From Ascidiella aspersa (lineage: Eukaryota), in the NCBI GenBank assembly GCA_963924565.1, contig OZ004607.1, forward strand, positions 14,012,001-14,076,000: a stretch of DNA of 64,000 bases, written 5' to 3'. How positions within the stretch are numbered: position 1 is the first letter of the stretch; each line of letters opens with the position of its first letter. The position numbers and the translations under genes are program-made. Below, in pieces: positions 40,901 to 54,200 of the stretch. The notes beneath the pieces were generated by a model. That model was not told where the DNA came from. It saw nothing but the letters and a program-made list of their open reading frames with translations, and made no database searches.

Positions 40901-43900
40901 GACAATGAAAGGCGGCACTGGATCGGTGTTTGTGTCATGCAGATTGTTTTGCAATTACTTTTCAAGAAATTGCAATCGAGGCAGGTGTGACGTCAGTAAA
41001 ACGTGTCGCGACTGGGTAAAAAGCCATCACGGCAATGGGTAAGTAACGGACAGTGTACAATAGACCTAAGGTGTGTTCATCGCAAGCAACTGATATCTGT
41101 TTTTAATATTGCACGAAAAATGAAATGTAAAATGCAGGAAAAAAACAATTACAAACCGTGTTCATTTTAAACAAAAACTTGGCCATTTTACAGAATAATG
41201 GACATTCGACAGATGTATAGGCATTTTTCCCTGTTGACTATTTTTTTAACTTCAAATAAATAATTTTACAACAACATTCTCAGACATTGACGTCATTTAA
41301 TTGCATAGGTAAGCTGATATATTGCGATAAGAATAAGTTTGTCATTAAAACGACGTTATAAATCTATGCGGTAAACTGTGTATGGCGTCAAACGAGTCGT
41401 TAGGTTTGTATGATGCCATAAACAACTTGATAAACCGGGCTGTATTGATGCAAAACGGCATGTTAAACTCTCAAGTTCAAGCCCGGAAGGCAAGTATTAA
41501 TTGCAGCACGGAAAAGGATTTCAACCTTTGACTGTGTGCTTAAGACTTTGCCCACTGTATACCAATACATTTTTACTGTGAACAATCTGCGGTTCTAAAA
41601 CTAGACAATTACAATTACGCTCCAGTAGCCTTTTTATTTTTAACGCTACAATATCCAATAGTTTCAATACAGTTTTTGATTTTGTCGATTCTGCAAATGA
41701 TTTCAATACTCAGGCCGCCTTACCGATTTTTCCATTAGTGTTCTCTTCATATAGACTTCCAAAGGCGATGTCCGGCAGGAGGCAAGCAAAATAAAGAAAG
41801 AATGTTGTAGAGAGCAACTTGTGAATCGTTCGTTTCCCCACGACACCTGAAGGGAAATACGTCATTAAGGATTTACAAGAAAAAAAAATATATATATAAT
41901 AATTTGTTTGCAAATGACACTAACTAAAGCGAAGTTTTATCCAACTGTAAATACTTACAATCACAGCATTTGGAATCATTCTGTACAAATCGGTAGAGGT
42001 TTGCTGGTTTTTGATCGTGCGTGGACAAGCTATTTATTCAATAGATTTGACCAAAGTAAAGTGAAAAAAGTATGTTCGCATAATGGCATTGCCGTGAAAA
42101 CGCATAGGGTTATTACTCGACAGAAAACACGCAAAGGCCTACCATCTTTGTAGTCGGACCAGTAATGCGGCCATCTCCGCTTGATATCGTCGACCAGGCC
42201 GCGGCCCACCTGCTTCATCGAGTAGTCCTGTACGACAGCGGCAAAACAATATAAAGCCGGAGATTAACAAAGAGGCGCGGGCACTAAGGTTTCGCCAACA
42301 ACAACAACTGCTGTAGTTGGTTTATCGGCCGCAACGTAAAGACATTTGACCCACAGAGCCATTTAGGCGCTATTAAGGTAACCTCCTGCCACAGCGAGGA
42401 TAGGCAAAACTCCTACTCAGTGCCTTACAGTAACGCGGTATTGTGCTCGCTTGTTTTGTCGATTTTTTCTCACATTTGTGCTACTCAAAGGGCTTTTAAA
42501 CAAGACAATCAGACGTCTGGTGTATGTGTAGACGTCTGGTGTCTGCAGAAGGAGATTATTTTAACTTAAAAGAAAAACTCGATGGCTTACTCGAAGAGCA
42601 AAAACTCCAACAACTAAACACCTTTTCTTACAACTTAAGGTTCCACTAAATTGAACCTTGTCAGTGAAATAGAATGTTAGGATTAAACAAAAAAAACTAT
42701 GACCAGAGTCACATATGTTACTCGTTTATCACAAAACCGTACAGTTATGCGTTAATTTTTTCAACTAAACGTGCCTGTCACGAAACGATAATGATACAAA
42801 AGTGTACTTGTGCGTGCCTAAGAATTTTTCATTTTTTGCTAACTTCCTCATCTCAAAACAAAAATGATGATTGTATTTGAAAAACAGTCAAACAGCGGTT
42901 GCGCACGGGGAAGAAATCGCTCACCATGAATTCCTCGTCGATCGATTCCGGATACTCGGAGAGCGACTCGCGGAACTGGCGCTTGTAGCGGAAGCTCTGC
43001 TTGACCAGGACACCTTTAAAGTCCTCCTCTGAAGAGGCCTGCATGAGCTCGTGGCGGAAGGAGGAGTTGCACATCATCGAGGAGAAGGTGCGACCAATCT
43101 CGACCGCGTTCTTTGTGAATTTCTGCCGCGTGATCAAGATATAGAAAAACGATGAAAAGTCGGCAACAAGTGTCCTGTAGCTGTATTATTTACAAAATCC
43201 GAATTCTTTTTGTAAACAGTCTGCAAATGGATTTCTATGTCCATTATTCCATCAACGAGATCACGTGCAGAATTATGAGACCCGACACTGTACGAGCCTG
43301 ACGCCTGTTTTTAAGTAGTCTCACTGGTAATGCCATAAAGCGTAATGTTCTGAATACAGTATGCTGTTTCTACGTCGTTAAGTACAATGTATGCACCGAG
43401 CTGTAAATATAACAAAAGGGTAACTCACTTTATATACATAAACTATCACGGATAAGCACGTAGCAACACTAACAATGGACATCGACAAACTGTATTTCGT
43501 GATTGCATTACAGAATAGTAGCATTTTTCAGCCCCTCAGGATGATGTGCTTACAGGATTGCTAACTGAGCAATGCTCATAGTAGGTATGTGTAGGTAAGT
43601 GGCCACCGCACACTTCAAACGTACCAAGGCAGGACTGTTACGAGTAAACAAAAACATCCTGGACACGAGTGAACATTTTATAACTCCGACTTTAAAACAT
43701 TGTAGAGAATGTAGCGTGCTGTCCCATGCCAAAATTAAACCAAAAATAAACGCAATTTTAAACTTGTTGAATTCCTTTTTATTCACAATTTTCGCGTTTG
43801 CCGTGTGGTTTCTTCAAACAGAATTTTTGTTGTATGTGTTTTACAGCAACTTGGCAATATGAAACTGGTTTTTAAAGGAAAACAAATTAATAATTGTAAT

Positions 43901-46900
43901 TTTACCAAGGTTGCCAGGAAGACTTGTATTAAATCTAACCCACGCCTTTTTGCACGATCACAAATTTCAATCAGCACAACACTCACCTCCTTTTTGGGAG
44001 CAATGACGGCAAGCACAAAAGAAACCTCCTCGCATTTGTTTCCCAAGTTCAGTGGGTGGCGCAAGCGAGCAATACCCACGTGACTTTTCTTCAACATCGG
44101 CAGCGAACATCTGGGTGCAGAAATTAGCCTTGTTTTTGGTGGTTCTATTCTTAATGAATAGGGAGGACTGTGTAGTTAACAACGCCTGGTTTGAACCGGT
44201 GTTTTGACAAGGCTGAACATTTTTCATTTTTTTTAAATGCACCCCAAGTTATATAGCTGCAATATAAAAATCAGTCCGGTTGTTTCTATAAAATACCAAG
44301 TTCAAATAACAAATAAAGTGAATGGACCACATTTGCTGTTTAACATACAACAAGTCAATAACAAAGTCAAAAACACAATGGTTGAAATACTATATGCTCA
44401 GATAAATCAATTGAAAATTAGAAAAATCGACCAAGCAAATTATTAGCTTATAAAACCATTAGTGATTAATAAAATCATTGGTAATGACTGAGTCAATATA
44501 TATGTACAAGGTCACAGTCATTTTGTTCAAAACACTTCAAGTATCAAGTAATAGGTAAACGGCGTCTATTTAAGTCGACACCACGCTGTTTGCAAGATTA
44601 TATTTGAATGACGCAATGCAACGGTTGCGGCCTGGCAACTAATTCAGAACTCACAATGCAGTGACCCAGCTCTCCTGGTACTCGGCTCCGTTCGGTTTGT
44701 AGAGCACGCCCTGAATGGTCTCGCGAAGCTGGTCCACTGACGCAACTAAAAAACAAATATGGCGTCAATTTCCGCGAAAAGCGGCGCGACGGCCAACATT
44801 TCGACCAAGGTGCGCGATCGCTAAGCGTCGAAATCTCCGAAAACTATGAGTTTGCAGAAAATATAAGTGCTAAATAAACACTTGCAAATAACCGCGGCGT
44901 TGATACCTGAAAACAAGTGGAAAACATCGGTTGATAAGAGTTTGTCGTGCTGTGCGAAAACATTTACCGAGACTACCGCAATGCCGCATATACCTACAGA
45001 GAGCGTTCTTCAAATATAGACGAACAAACTCTTACGGGAATCGTCGTACTGTTCTTGAAAGGTGAAAAAGGCCTTGCTGGCTTGCGACGTGATTTTCTCG
45101 TCCACGTCCAAGTCCTTCTGGAGCTTGGTGAGCAAGTCGTCCATGATACGATCGAGGCCTGGATTTTGGGAGAACAGCGGTGTTATTAACGTTGCTATTT
45201 TTTTTAGAGAATCGTTGATTGTTGACACGACCCAATCAGCAAACAGCATATCGCCGTTTAGCGCAACGAGGTCATGTTTGCGACATTGATTGAAAAGATA
45301 CAGTTGAAAATAAATCCTACGTGCGCCATCAAGAAATAAGATAGCATAGCGTTTCTTTCGATTTTAGTCGCGCGCCCGACAACTAACCAAACAAATCAAC
45401 ACCGTTTTTATCTCTCAACAGGAAGCATGCCTGTTTGCACGACAAAACCATGTGTTTGTAATTAATATAACATTATTGATCAAAATAAGAAAAGGCGTAT
45501 TTTTAAATTATTTCAAAGGCCTTAAACTCTGTAAACACTCTTAACCGGTTTGTCAGTGTTTATTTGGCACTGTCAATAAGCTAAGGCAGGTTATGCAAAT
45601 TGGCCCAAAAAACAGAGATGGTGTCGCCGAAAAACAATGTTTTTTTCAAATAGCTAAGTAGAAAATATAATGTTTAATTCTTACTGGTGTGCGGAACATC
45701 AAGAAGAACAACAGGAGAAACCAAGAACTTTTCAAGGTCTCTGCTGGCTCGAATTTCATCGCGAAAGTTTTTCAAAGGTAGAGTCTGGGGGAGAAAAACT
45801 GGTTGGTTAGTAGTCGGCTTAATTTTTTTTATTTGCAAATCGTTTGATTTGCGACGACATTACTCAAAGTTTAACAAGGGAAGTGTTTGTGGTACTAATG
45901 TTTTAGAAAAGTCTATATTGGATTTTCTGGTTTGAATTTGTAGGTAGAGGTATTAATTCATAGTTAGCAAGTAATAACAAAATCAGAAACACCAGTAACG
46001 CTTTAAACAGTCACATAATCGCCTACCCAATAGACTCATAGCATTGCAACACCTCCATATATATTTAAGTTATTTAATCTTCTACACAATAAATTAAATC
46101 GACAAACAAAAAACGTTGTAAGACCGGTAATTGACGTCACATACCTTTCGAATCTTTAATATCAGCTCGCGATGTTGGAACTCGTCTTCGTAGTCTGCGA
46201 AAAGTATAGAGGTATAGGTTTATTTGTCTGTACTCTAACAGCGAGCCTTAACCACAATTTGTACGTCAGCTCGCAGTGACGTAGAAATTTGACGCAATAA
46301 TGTGTTGTACAGGCGGGAAGGTAATGCCAGCCGCCTGCGCATTTTGTGCAATCACACGGAACACTGCGCCAGTTACTGGCGAAAGATGGCGTTATTGTCT
46401 TCTAACCAGTTACCGCCGGCGCGAATCCTCTGTATTGGCGCGGGTCAAGCATTATGAGAAAGTTCTCGACGAGACTTCGAAATTGCGCAACATGGTTGCA
46501 ACCTTTACTGAGCCGGCGTCGTAACAATGCCCTGGTTTAAACGGCAAATCACTTAGTGGTGATTTTACGGGAAACACAGAGACACACTAAACTCACAAAA
46601 AACATGCAAACAATGTATGAGTCAGATATTGACTCGCTCGTTTGAAATACGTCATCGCATTACAGGAAACGTTTACTGTGTTGCATATGCTATACGAATG
46701 TTCGCCCAACAATTTTGTCAACATCTCGAATTCCGAGGTTTAAAAATCAAGATAAGTGTGTTACCAAAGATCGCAGTTTCAGTACCTTCAAACTTTAAAG
46801 TGATACCTTACGTTATGTATTTTCATAGCATTTACTGCAGATTTAGTGCACTAACCCAGTCGCATTCTCTACATGGAAACGCATTGGCCACAGGTAGGCA

Positions 46901-49900
46901 TTGTTTGGCAATCGCCGATAGTGCAGTGGTATTTTTAACTATATACATTTGACAACACCTTTTGGATCAGAGCGGACCCAAATACATGGCCCCTTCTATT
47001 TGGAACTTATTTTGACTCGATTTTAGTGGAACACATATTTCTGCACATGAGTTCGACTGGTTACGGAGCTTTCTACATGGTTATTGGCTAATGACATCAA
47101 GCTATGACGTAATTTCCAAAATTTTAATGTCACCGCAAGCAAAATTACCGAGTTTACCAGCGATCAAAAAACGGCAGACCTTTACTGTAGAAAAATAATG
47201 CGCAAATAAAACAGTCGCGTTGTTTACCTTCGATATCGTCGCGTGACATTCTCCTGCGACTTGCGCTGTGCTTGCGATTCAGGTGGATACCGGGACGGAT
47301 CTCGGTCTTAATGAAGCGCGGACTGTCCTCGTCGTGGTCGCTCTCGCTTACTTCGTCTGCGAGATGCTGCGCGTTCATCACCTCCTCGTAGTCCACGCTG
47401 GGACTGAGCGAGGTCTCGCGAAGCCTGAATAAGGACATATGGAGCAGTTGAAACACAGCGTCGCGCACAGTCATTCAAGACTTCCGCGACGAAATTTCGC
47501 GCGCGCCTGGCGGTCCGCGGCTATCAGGAGATGTGCTTAAAACGCTGTCAACGCGACGCCGCGTCGCTTACACTGCAAGTCATTCTGGCGACCTGACGCC
47601 CGGTAGCGACGCGCGACAGAAACCAGGAGGCTAAAATTGGGGAGGCTATCGCTCGGTAATTTGTTTAGTCACGATTGCACGATTAACAGAAAGATAAAAC
47701 TATTCGAAAGATGCATTACTGAACTGTAAACGAGTTGGCAGTCACGTATACTAACTGATTTGCAAACCTGTAAAATAAGCGAAGCTCGAACCCGAAGTGG
47801 CTAGTTTTCGATGGTCAAACAAAAAACTTACCGGATGCTTTCTTCAATTTGCATGTTCCCCTAACTAGTATACACTCTTACAACACACGACTACATGATC
47901 AGCAAAATTATTTCCGTCCTAAGGTAAAAACTGACTCGGGAAAAAATACATTCGGATATTTAGGTTCGCAATATTGGGAAACCATCCCTTGTAATGTTAA
48001 ATCACTGCCCTTTAAATCTTTCGTACGATCGATAAAACAAGCTTACTTTGAATCCTACCTCGTGTGATCACAACAAACCAAAACCACGTGGTCCAAAAAA
48101 ACATGGTAAACGCAGCCTAGCAACCGTCACGCTAGGTCGCTTACGGAACCTTCTCTAACGTGCCTGTATTAGTTGTTTATTTATTTTTTTGGCTGTTGTA
48201 TCGTCCCCGCTCCATTCCGTTGCATTGTTATATTTTTGTTTCTGTTTGTTATACCCTTGTTCGTGTTTTATTGTATTGTTACCATTGTATTGTATTTAGT
48301 TATCATTGTAATTATTGTATTGTATGGCAAAGGTGCCATTCACAAATTGTGCCCCTTCTGTCGCTTGTTTTGCACCGTTGCCCTTTTGTTTTTTGCTGTT
48401 TGTTTATACCTCTTTTTGTTTTGTTGTTCTACAAAGGTTGTTCACTGTTATAGCAGCCACTAATGTGGCCAAAATTATGTTGTTTCATTGTATTTAAATT
48501 TGTTTTTTAATGATTTAATTTGCCGTACCTGTACATGTATTCTGATTATATTGCGGTCAGGGAGCGGCTGACTTTGATGACCTAACGGTCTTTCGCTGCT
48601 CCCTGGGAATCTACAACACTATAAGCTTTGCTTCTGCACTGCAGTGGACACAGAAAATTAACCCTAATTTAACTGCACCTCACTCCCCCGTGACCGTTGC
48701 ATGACGCACTTCCGCTTAATTCGACTGAACATTTTTTCACGACACAGCATGTTAATTTAGTATACTGGAGTACATACACCGATGGAAGGTTAACATAGCA
48801 ACTGACAGGGTGGTAACTCGACATAAAAGTATTCTGGGAGTTGGTCCCGGGTTTTAAATTGTGATGACAGCATTTCTGCATATCCTTGCTCGTGTTGCAA
48901 AAGGGTGTCGACTACTGGTAATCCGTTCTGCATACGCCATGCTAAAGCGAGCTTCTGTGAAATTGATTACGTCATTAAATAAGTAACCTCTGAAAAAGCG
49001 TTGTCTCATGATTAACTAGGTGTTAGTTATATCATTCAAGCGAGGATATATTTTAAACAAAACAGAGTATTGTTCAAATGTTTTAAATTTACATTCTGAT
49101 TAGGATAATTTCATAAATATTTCTAATAAAAATGGGTACATGTTTAAAATATAATATGGACGATGTGCGACCACTTCGAAGTACCGTATAAAACAACTAA
49201 CAATGAACGATCCGATTACCGAAAAAGCCGATTAACGTAAAAGATTTATTTTGACGTCATAAAAAATTCCACAAACAAACACCCGGTACGCCACTTACTC
49301 TTTAGCCTCTAGCCGGCGCAGTCTTGCCAGCTCCTTCATTTGCGCCATGCCAGGCGAAACGTCCTGGTCTACGTTGACCACCACATCACCCGAACTGGCA
49401 ATGCCGTTTGTCGGCAATTCGTCTTCGAATACTTGGTTGTCGTACTGCTGCACGGATCCATTGGCTGCATGCATGGGTGACGTTTAAAGGGTAAAATAAA
49501 CTTTAAACAGGCGCATAACTTTTTTATAGGGTTTTGATGTCACTGGCCAGTTGACATCTTTCCAAGGACAAGTGCAAAGGAACAATTGCAAGTGGTTTAT
49601 AAAAACCGGTATTCATTTTATGTTTTGCCTGTTTTAAAACCGTTCATACAATTTAGTGAATATTAGGACGTTTTAGTGTCAATATCAAAATAATACTATC
49701 TTTATCAGTAGCCCTTTGTAAAAACTAACACAATATAACCAACAATTAATTAATAATTAAGAATATTTTGTTGTAATAACTTCTTAATACAAAACTATAA
49801 AATTCAAATAACTACAAAGCTAAAGGGTAAAACATATTTAGCATCTATATTTTGTACAAATAACCCCTAAAACTGCTAAATTGGAATTATAAACAGTTTA

Positions 49901-50287
49901 AATAAAGTGGTATATACTAAAAAATCGTGTTATACCAGTTCGGGAGTAAACTATTGATATAAATTTATTTAGTCCTAATAACTACACATCTAAAAGTTTA
50001 ATCTAAAAAACATTTAACAAATAGCAAATTCCGGTTATTTAAAACAATCACGATGTTTAATTTTTAGCTGTTTTTATGGCACTAAAGAGGCTGAAATTAG
50101 GCTACAACACACACTAATTAACTGATCCATACACAAAAAGGTGGATCACACAAACATTTAGATTTCAATAAAACAAAGACGCATGCCATTTTTAATGATT
50201 TAATAACCTATTGCATCTTAAAACTCATGGCGTTTTAAGTTTCGGCGAGCGTAAAAATAAGAGTTACTTACAAGTTTCGTTCGACAT
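31986..50287 (-). CDS. SLC4A11: SLC4A11-like (BTR1/NaBC1) SLC4-family transporter; 23 coding exons, 884 aa
   Basis: Exons 50272-50287, 49299-49464, 47228-47424, 46145-46194, 45685-45784, 45036-45158, 44655-44745, 43987-44110, 42925-43122, 42143-42227, 41724-41846, 40759-40872, 40244-40376, 39475-39548, 38691-38723, 37594-37747, 37039-37145, 36487-36655, 34883-35059, 33922-34033, 32828-32908, 32457-32626, 31986-32043 (2655 nt, phases consistent). SLC4A11-type motifs: [83 protein letters not shown]. The first exon is the least certain. Confidence 0.93.
32960..33275 (+). repeat. Dispersed non-autonomous element in an SLC4A11 intron
   Basis: Colinear similarity with 60215-60510 (ATACCTAATAGT...TAAATCGGAATAA...CTAACCCTA...AACTCCC.TAA.AATTTCAA...CCAAACG...AAAACGGCC). 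Confidence 0.75.
34471..34650. mobile_element. Inverted (divergent) pair of tRNA-derived, SINE-head-like sequences
   Basis: The plus copy (34586-34650) CCTGCGTAGCTCAGTCGGTAGAGC...GTGAGTTTGAACCTCACCACAGGC has box A, a T-arm/box B and an acceptor stem, but no normal anticodon arm. The minus copy (34471-34539) is similar. Confidence 0.7.
35171..35459. mobile_element. hAT MITE
   Basis: Perfect TIR CAGGGGTTCTTAAACT / AGTTTAAGAACCCCTG, TSD ATCTATAA/ATCTATAC. Confidence 0.9.
47820..48606 (+). mobile_element. 5'-truncated CR1/L2-group LINE 3' end, antisense in SLC4A11 intron 2
   Basis: ORF2 C-terminus IHSYNTR...[27 protein letters not shown]...KSLPFKSF ending at 48067. A T-rich 3'UTR follows and ends in the stem-loop GGGAGCGGC...GCTGCTCCC (about 48560-48603). 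Confidence 0.75.
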
Positions 50288-50903
50288 TCTTTAGTAGGTT
50301 TGTAGAATTTACGTAAGATCTGTAGCGGTAAACTTTTTCTTTTTACGTTTGTAGACTGATAGTTGTTGTCTGCTGAGATCGTGGTGTGAAGGCATACGTG
50401 TTAAACACTACAAAAATAGGTTGTCTTAAAATATATATAAAGCACAGTTTGAAATAACGACAAAACGTCACTACAAATTGATAATTCGTATATTAAAATT
50501 GTAAACACTACATCTAAATATTTTCTTCCAAATTTAATACATCAGCAAGATGCAACTTACCAAGCTATTAGTGACGCGGTTTTCAGGTGGAACTCAGATT
50601 AAAGCAAGGCTCTTCACAAAATAAGTCTCCAAGTGCCTCGCTACTTTTGCAGTCAGTGCGAAGTGTGTAGCTCAATTTATACAGCGCATCCAAAAAGAAG
50701 GCATTGTGAGAAAAAAGGGCAATTTAAAAAACAGTCAGCCACCTGTGACGTTAGAATTGCATTCATGACGTTATATCCGCAGACATATCTCGCCATCACC
50801 AAACGATGCTAGACGAGGTATGCGACAAACATCCTGTTATGCATTAATTTTCGATTTATGGTCATTAATAATTTTATTTGTTACGCGATAATATGTACAC
50901 GGC

Positions 50904-51265
50904 AGAAGTCGCAGCCTGGAATTCGTCAAAACCTTTTATATCCCTACAAGCCATTTCAGTCACTGTTCTGTTAGATATTGTAAATGACAATGTGCTCGCT
51001 TAGTGTTCTTGAACATCATTCAGAAAGGTAAGTTTTGGAGTATTTCGATTGATAAATCACTAAGCGAGCACATTGTCATTTACAATATCTAACAGAACAG
51101 TGACTGGAATGGCTTGTAGGGATATAAAAGGTTTTGACGAATTCCAGGCTGCGACTTCTTTCCAAAACTTTGCAAAATGTTCACAAAGAAAAAACACGCG
51201 AGAACTTGTTTCAACATTTAAATTGCAAAAAAACACACCGATTAGTTTCACTTATATCAAATAAG
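50904..51265 (-). mobile_element. L1/Tx1-like LINE C-terminal fragment with a local inverted duplication
   Basis: Minus strand reads C.F.CNLNVETSSRVFFLCEHFAKFWKEV (zf-RVT-like). 50904-51002 and 51061-51159 are inverted copies with one mismatch. Confidence 0.65.
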
Positions 51266-54200
51266 AATAGCGTCTTTGATCACCCTAGCACGAAGATTAC
51301 TTTTGATTTGAAAGTATCACAGTTTAGTTTCAATTGTGTTTTTATAACACCTGTCCCAAGGAGTTGTGTTAGGCACTGTACACGATTTAAATCACGTTTT
51401 CGACGTGTTGTTCTTGATGTGGACGATCGGTATTGTATGTTTTTATCCCATTGTATAAGGCTTTTGGTGAGTTATATACTTAAAATAACTGCCTTTAGGT
51501 GTTGACCAATTTAGTATCAGAGCAGCGACCATTTTATTAAAGGTTTTCAAATCTATAATGTTTGGATGGAATTTGTATTTAACTGCCAATTTATCATAGG
51601 TGATATAGTATATATAATCAGTGGCTTTAAATAAAAAAAGTTTCTGCCTCAAGTCGAACGGTTTTGCTCACCCAGAGGGGAAGGGATGGAAATTGTCATT
51701 ACTAGAAACGAAAGTTGAACATAGTTAAAACGCCTTCGATAACTTTGCAGATAATAATAACTTTTTTGAATCGTATATTTGAGTATGTATTACAAATAAA
51801 TTAGTATATAAGGTACATGAAAGTCGCCATTATTTTTAGTGTGAAACCCCTGGACAAAATGTTATCTACAAATGTGAAAAATAATAAATATCCCAACCTT
51901 TCAAAAAAACAACATTAAACCAATGCGCGGAAAGCGTGAGAGACGCCGTCACATCTAGATCGGAACAAATTTTCTCGTATCTTTCACCAAGACACGTTAA
52001 TCCGTTTATCAGCGTGTCCAGATAGCTACAAACATGCGATGGATGAACTAATTCTGGCAGCTTTTTGCGAGAACGCCCAATGTACGTCACAGTTTAGACT
52101 AAGAGGAATTCATAAAATATCGAATAAACCAGGTATCACAGGCGTTTTTGAGTACGACAACAGTAACAACTGAAGCCAAATATATAGAAAAATATGTTTA
52201 TTTGCTAACGAACGACGAACGTTACTGACGGTTTGGATTGCTCGCAAATGCAAATACGCAATCTATAATATATAAACATATAATCAGAAGTTTTGAAGCT
52301 TATGTAAAAAACCTTTGATGTGACATTTTCCTAACAACCTGAATAACATATCAATATTTTGTATTCAGAACACATTTTTTACCGATTAATAAGCCGTTTT
52401 TACGAGAGTTAGCATGACCTAAAATAACATTTAATGTACGCGACTTAACAGTGCATGCATCAATTTGCGTTATGATTGTAACAATAGCACACCAATATTA
52501 CACTTAGCCAAGTTAAAAAAAAAACAAAGTAACTTGTTGACAGCAATTTGTCATTTAATGAATTTCAACACGTGCTTTCGGTCACGTACGTGGAATTAGG
52601 GGATTAGACAAAAACGTGTGGGAAAATGACCTTAACCAGAAGGATATATTTCGGCTATATGGCATCATCAGCGCTAAGAATTTCAGTAAAAAAGAACTAT
52701 TTCTCTGTTTTTTATCAAATAAATTTTAGCACATATTAACACATTTCCGCCTACATGATGCAGACATGAGTTGTCAAGTATGAGCAATGCACAGGTTAAT
52801 AGCTTTGTTGCACGGTTGGCAGGTGATTTAATGTTTTGACTGAAATACATTTACTAAACAAATTTAACTTAAGAAAACGCTCAAGCCCTAAACAATAAAT
52901 TAACGAACATTCCTAATTTTATAACGCTAAGTAAAAAGTTACATTTTTATATAAGAATGGCAGCTTTTTTATGTGAATTTATTCAGCCGATGTATAATGC
53001 ATATGAACTGTCGGGTGTAAATTATCCTTTATTACCAAAACGAGTACATGATTTCTTAGCAATTGCTTACAAGTAGTATAGAGTTGAAATTAATTGGTAA
53101 TACTTTATAAAGCCAAAAACTTACGAAATCCGAAAAATGACCGATTTAAAGTAAAGCAAGTAAATATGTTTTATGCTTTTGAGTCAAGTGTGCTGAGCTC
53201 TTGGTAAACCAGTGTCGGCTTTCAGATAACAAACAAACAAGTTTTGTTTTGCTGAGCAGTTACTGCTAAACTACACGATTTCAGCATTTTTCAGATAGAT
53301 GTTAACTAAAAAAGGAAATGGACAACCACAACCTCCCGAAGACTGAGTTGCAACTCTTTTGACAGCTTTTTGAATAATAAGTATTGCAATTATTACGCTA
53401 AATTATTAGAATACATCTCACATAAACGCACATCATTATTGAAAAATGATGGTAGCGACCCAAGACAAAATACTGACTTTAATTACTTACGCAGTATATA
53501 CGCCAATAATGACGGTTTAAATATACGAATGTAAGTTAAATACACGTAAAACAATAAAAAAAGTGTTGCTCTTCAAAAAGCACAACACCACGTCGCGCAG
53601 CTGGCGAATCGCGGGCATTTAAAGCCAAAGATTTGCTTGTGCATAGGCCTACTCTACCAACGCATGCTTTGGTAGGTCGAATTGATACTGAATGGAGCGA
53701 GACGAAACAGGAAACTGCGGAAGGGGGGAATTTTCTGGAAACGACCATCAACTACATTTTATTGTACAGACAAACCATTCAGTCGAGCAAGGTTGAACTA
53801 ACCATTTCAATACTAATGTTTTACTTTACGCCATACGTGGTCTTCAAAACCTTCACAAATTATTAAAACGACAATAACTAAAAGGCAGCGGCTTGAAATT
53901 AAAGCCAACTGTATTTTACAGTTGTCTAAACTACATCTATAGATGACGATTTAAGGTTTGCGTATTTTGCAGAATTATCAAATATAAACGATTCAAATTT
54001 AATTGGCTACTCTGTCCTCAAACAGGTGTTGTATACTACAAAACCCTTTGGTCTGATACCCACTATGCTACCCTAAAAACAGCGTTCTCTGGAACTAGCA
54101 CAATGATAAAAATCCACATACGTGTAACAGCATGACAATAGCCAACCTTAACTGTAAGCCGGACGCCCAATTGAAATGGACAGTGCAGTCAAGCTTGTTG

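Noticed and set aside
48160-48497. Several hydrophobic ORFs
   Set aside because: They arise from the T-rich low-complexity 3'UTR of the LINE fragment.
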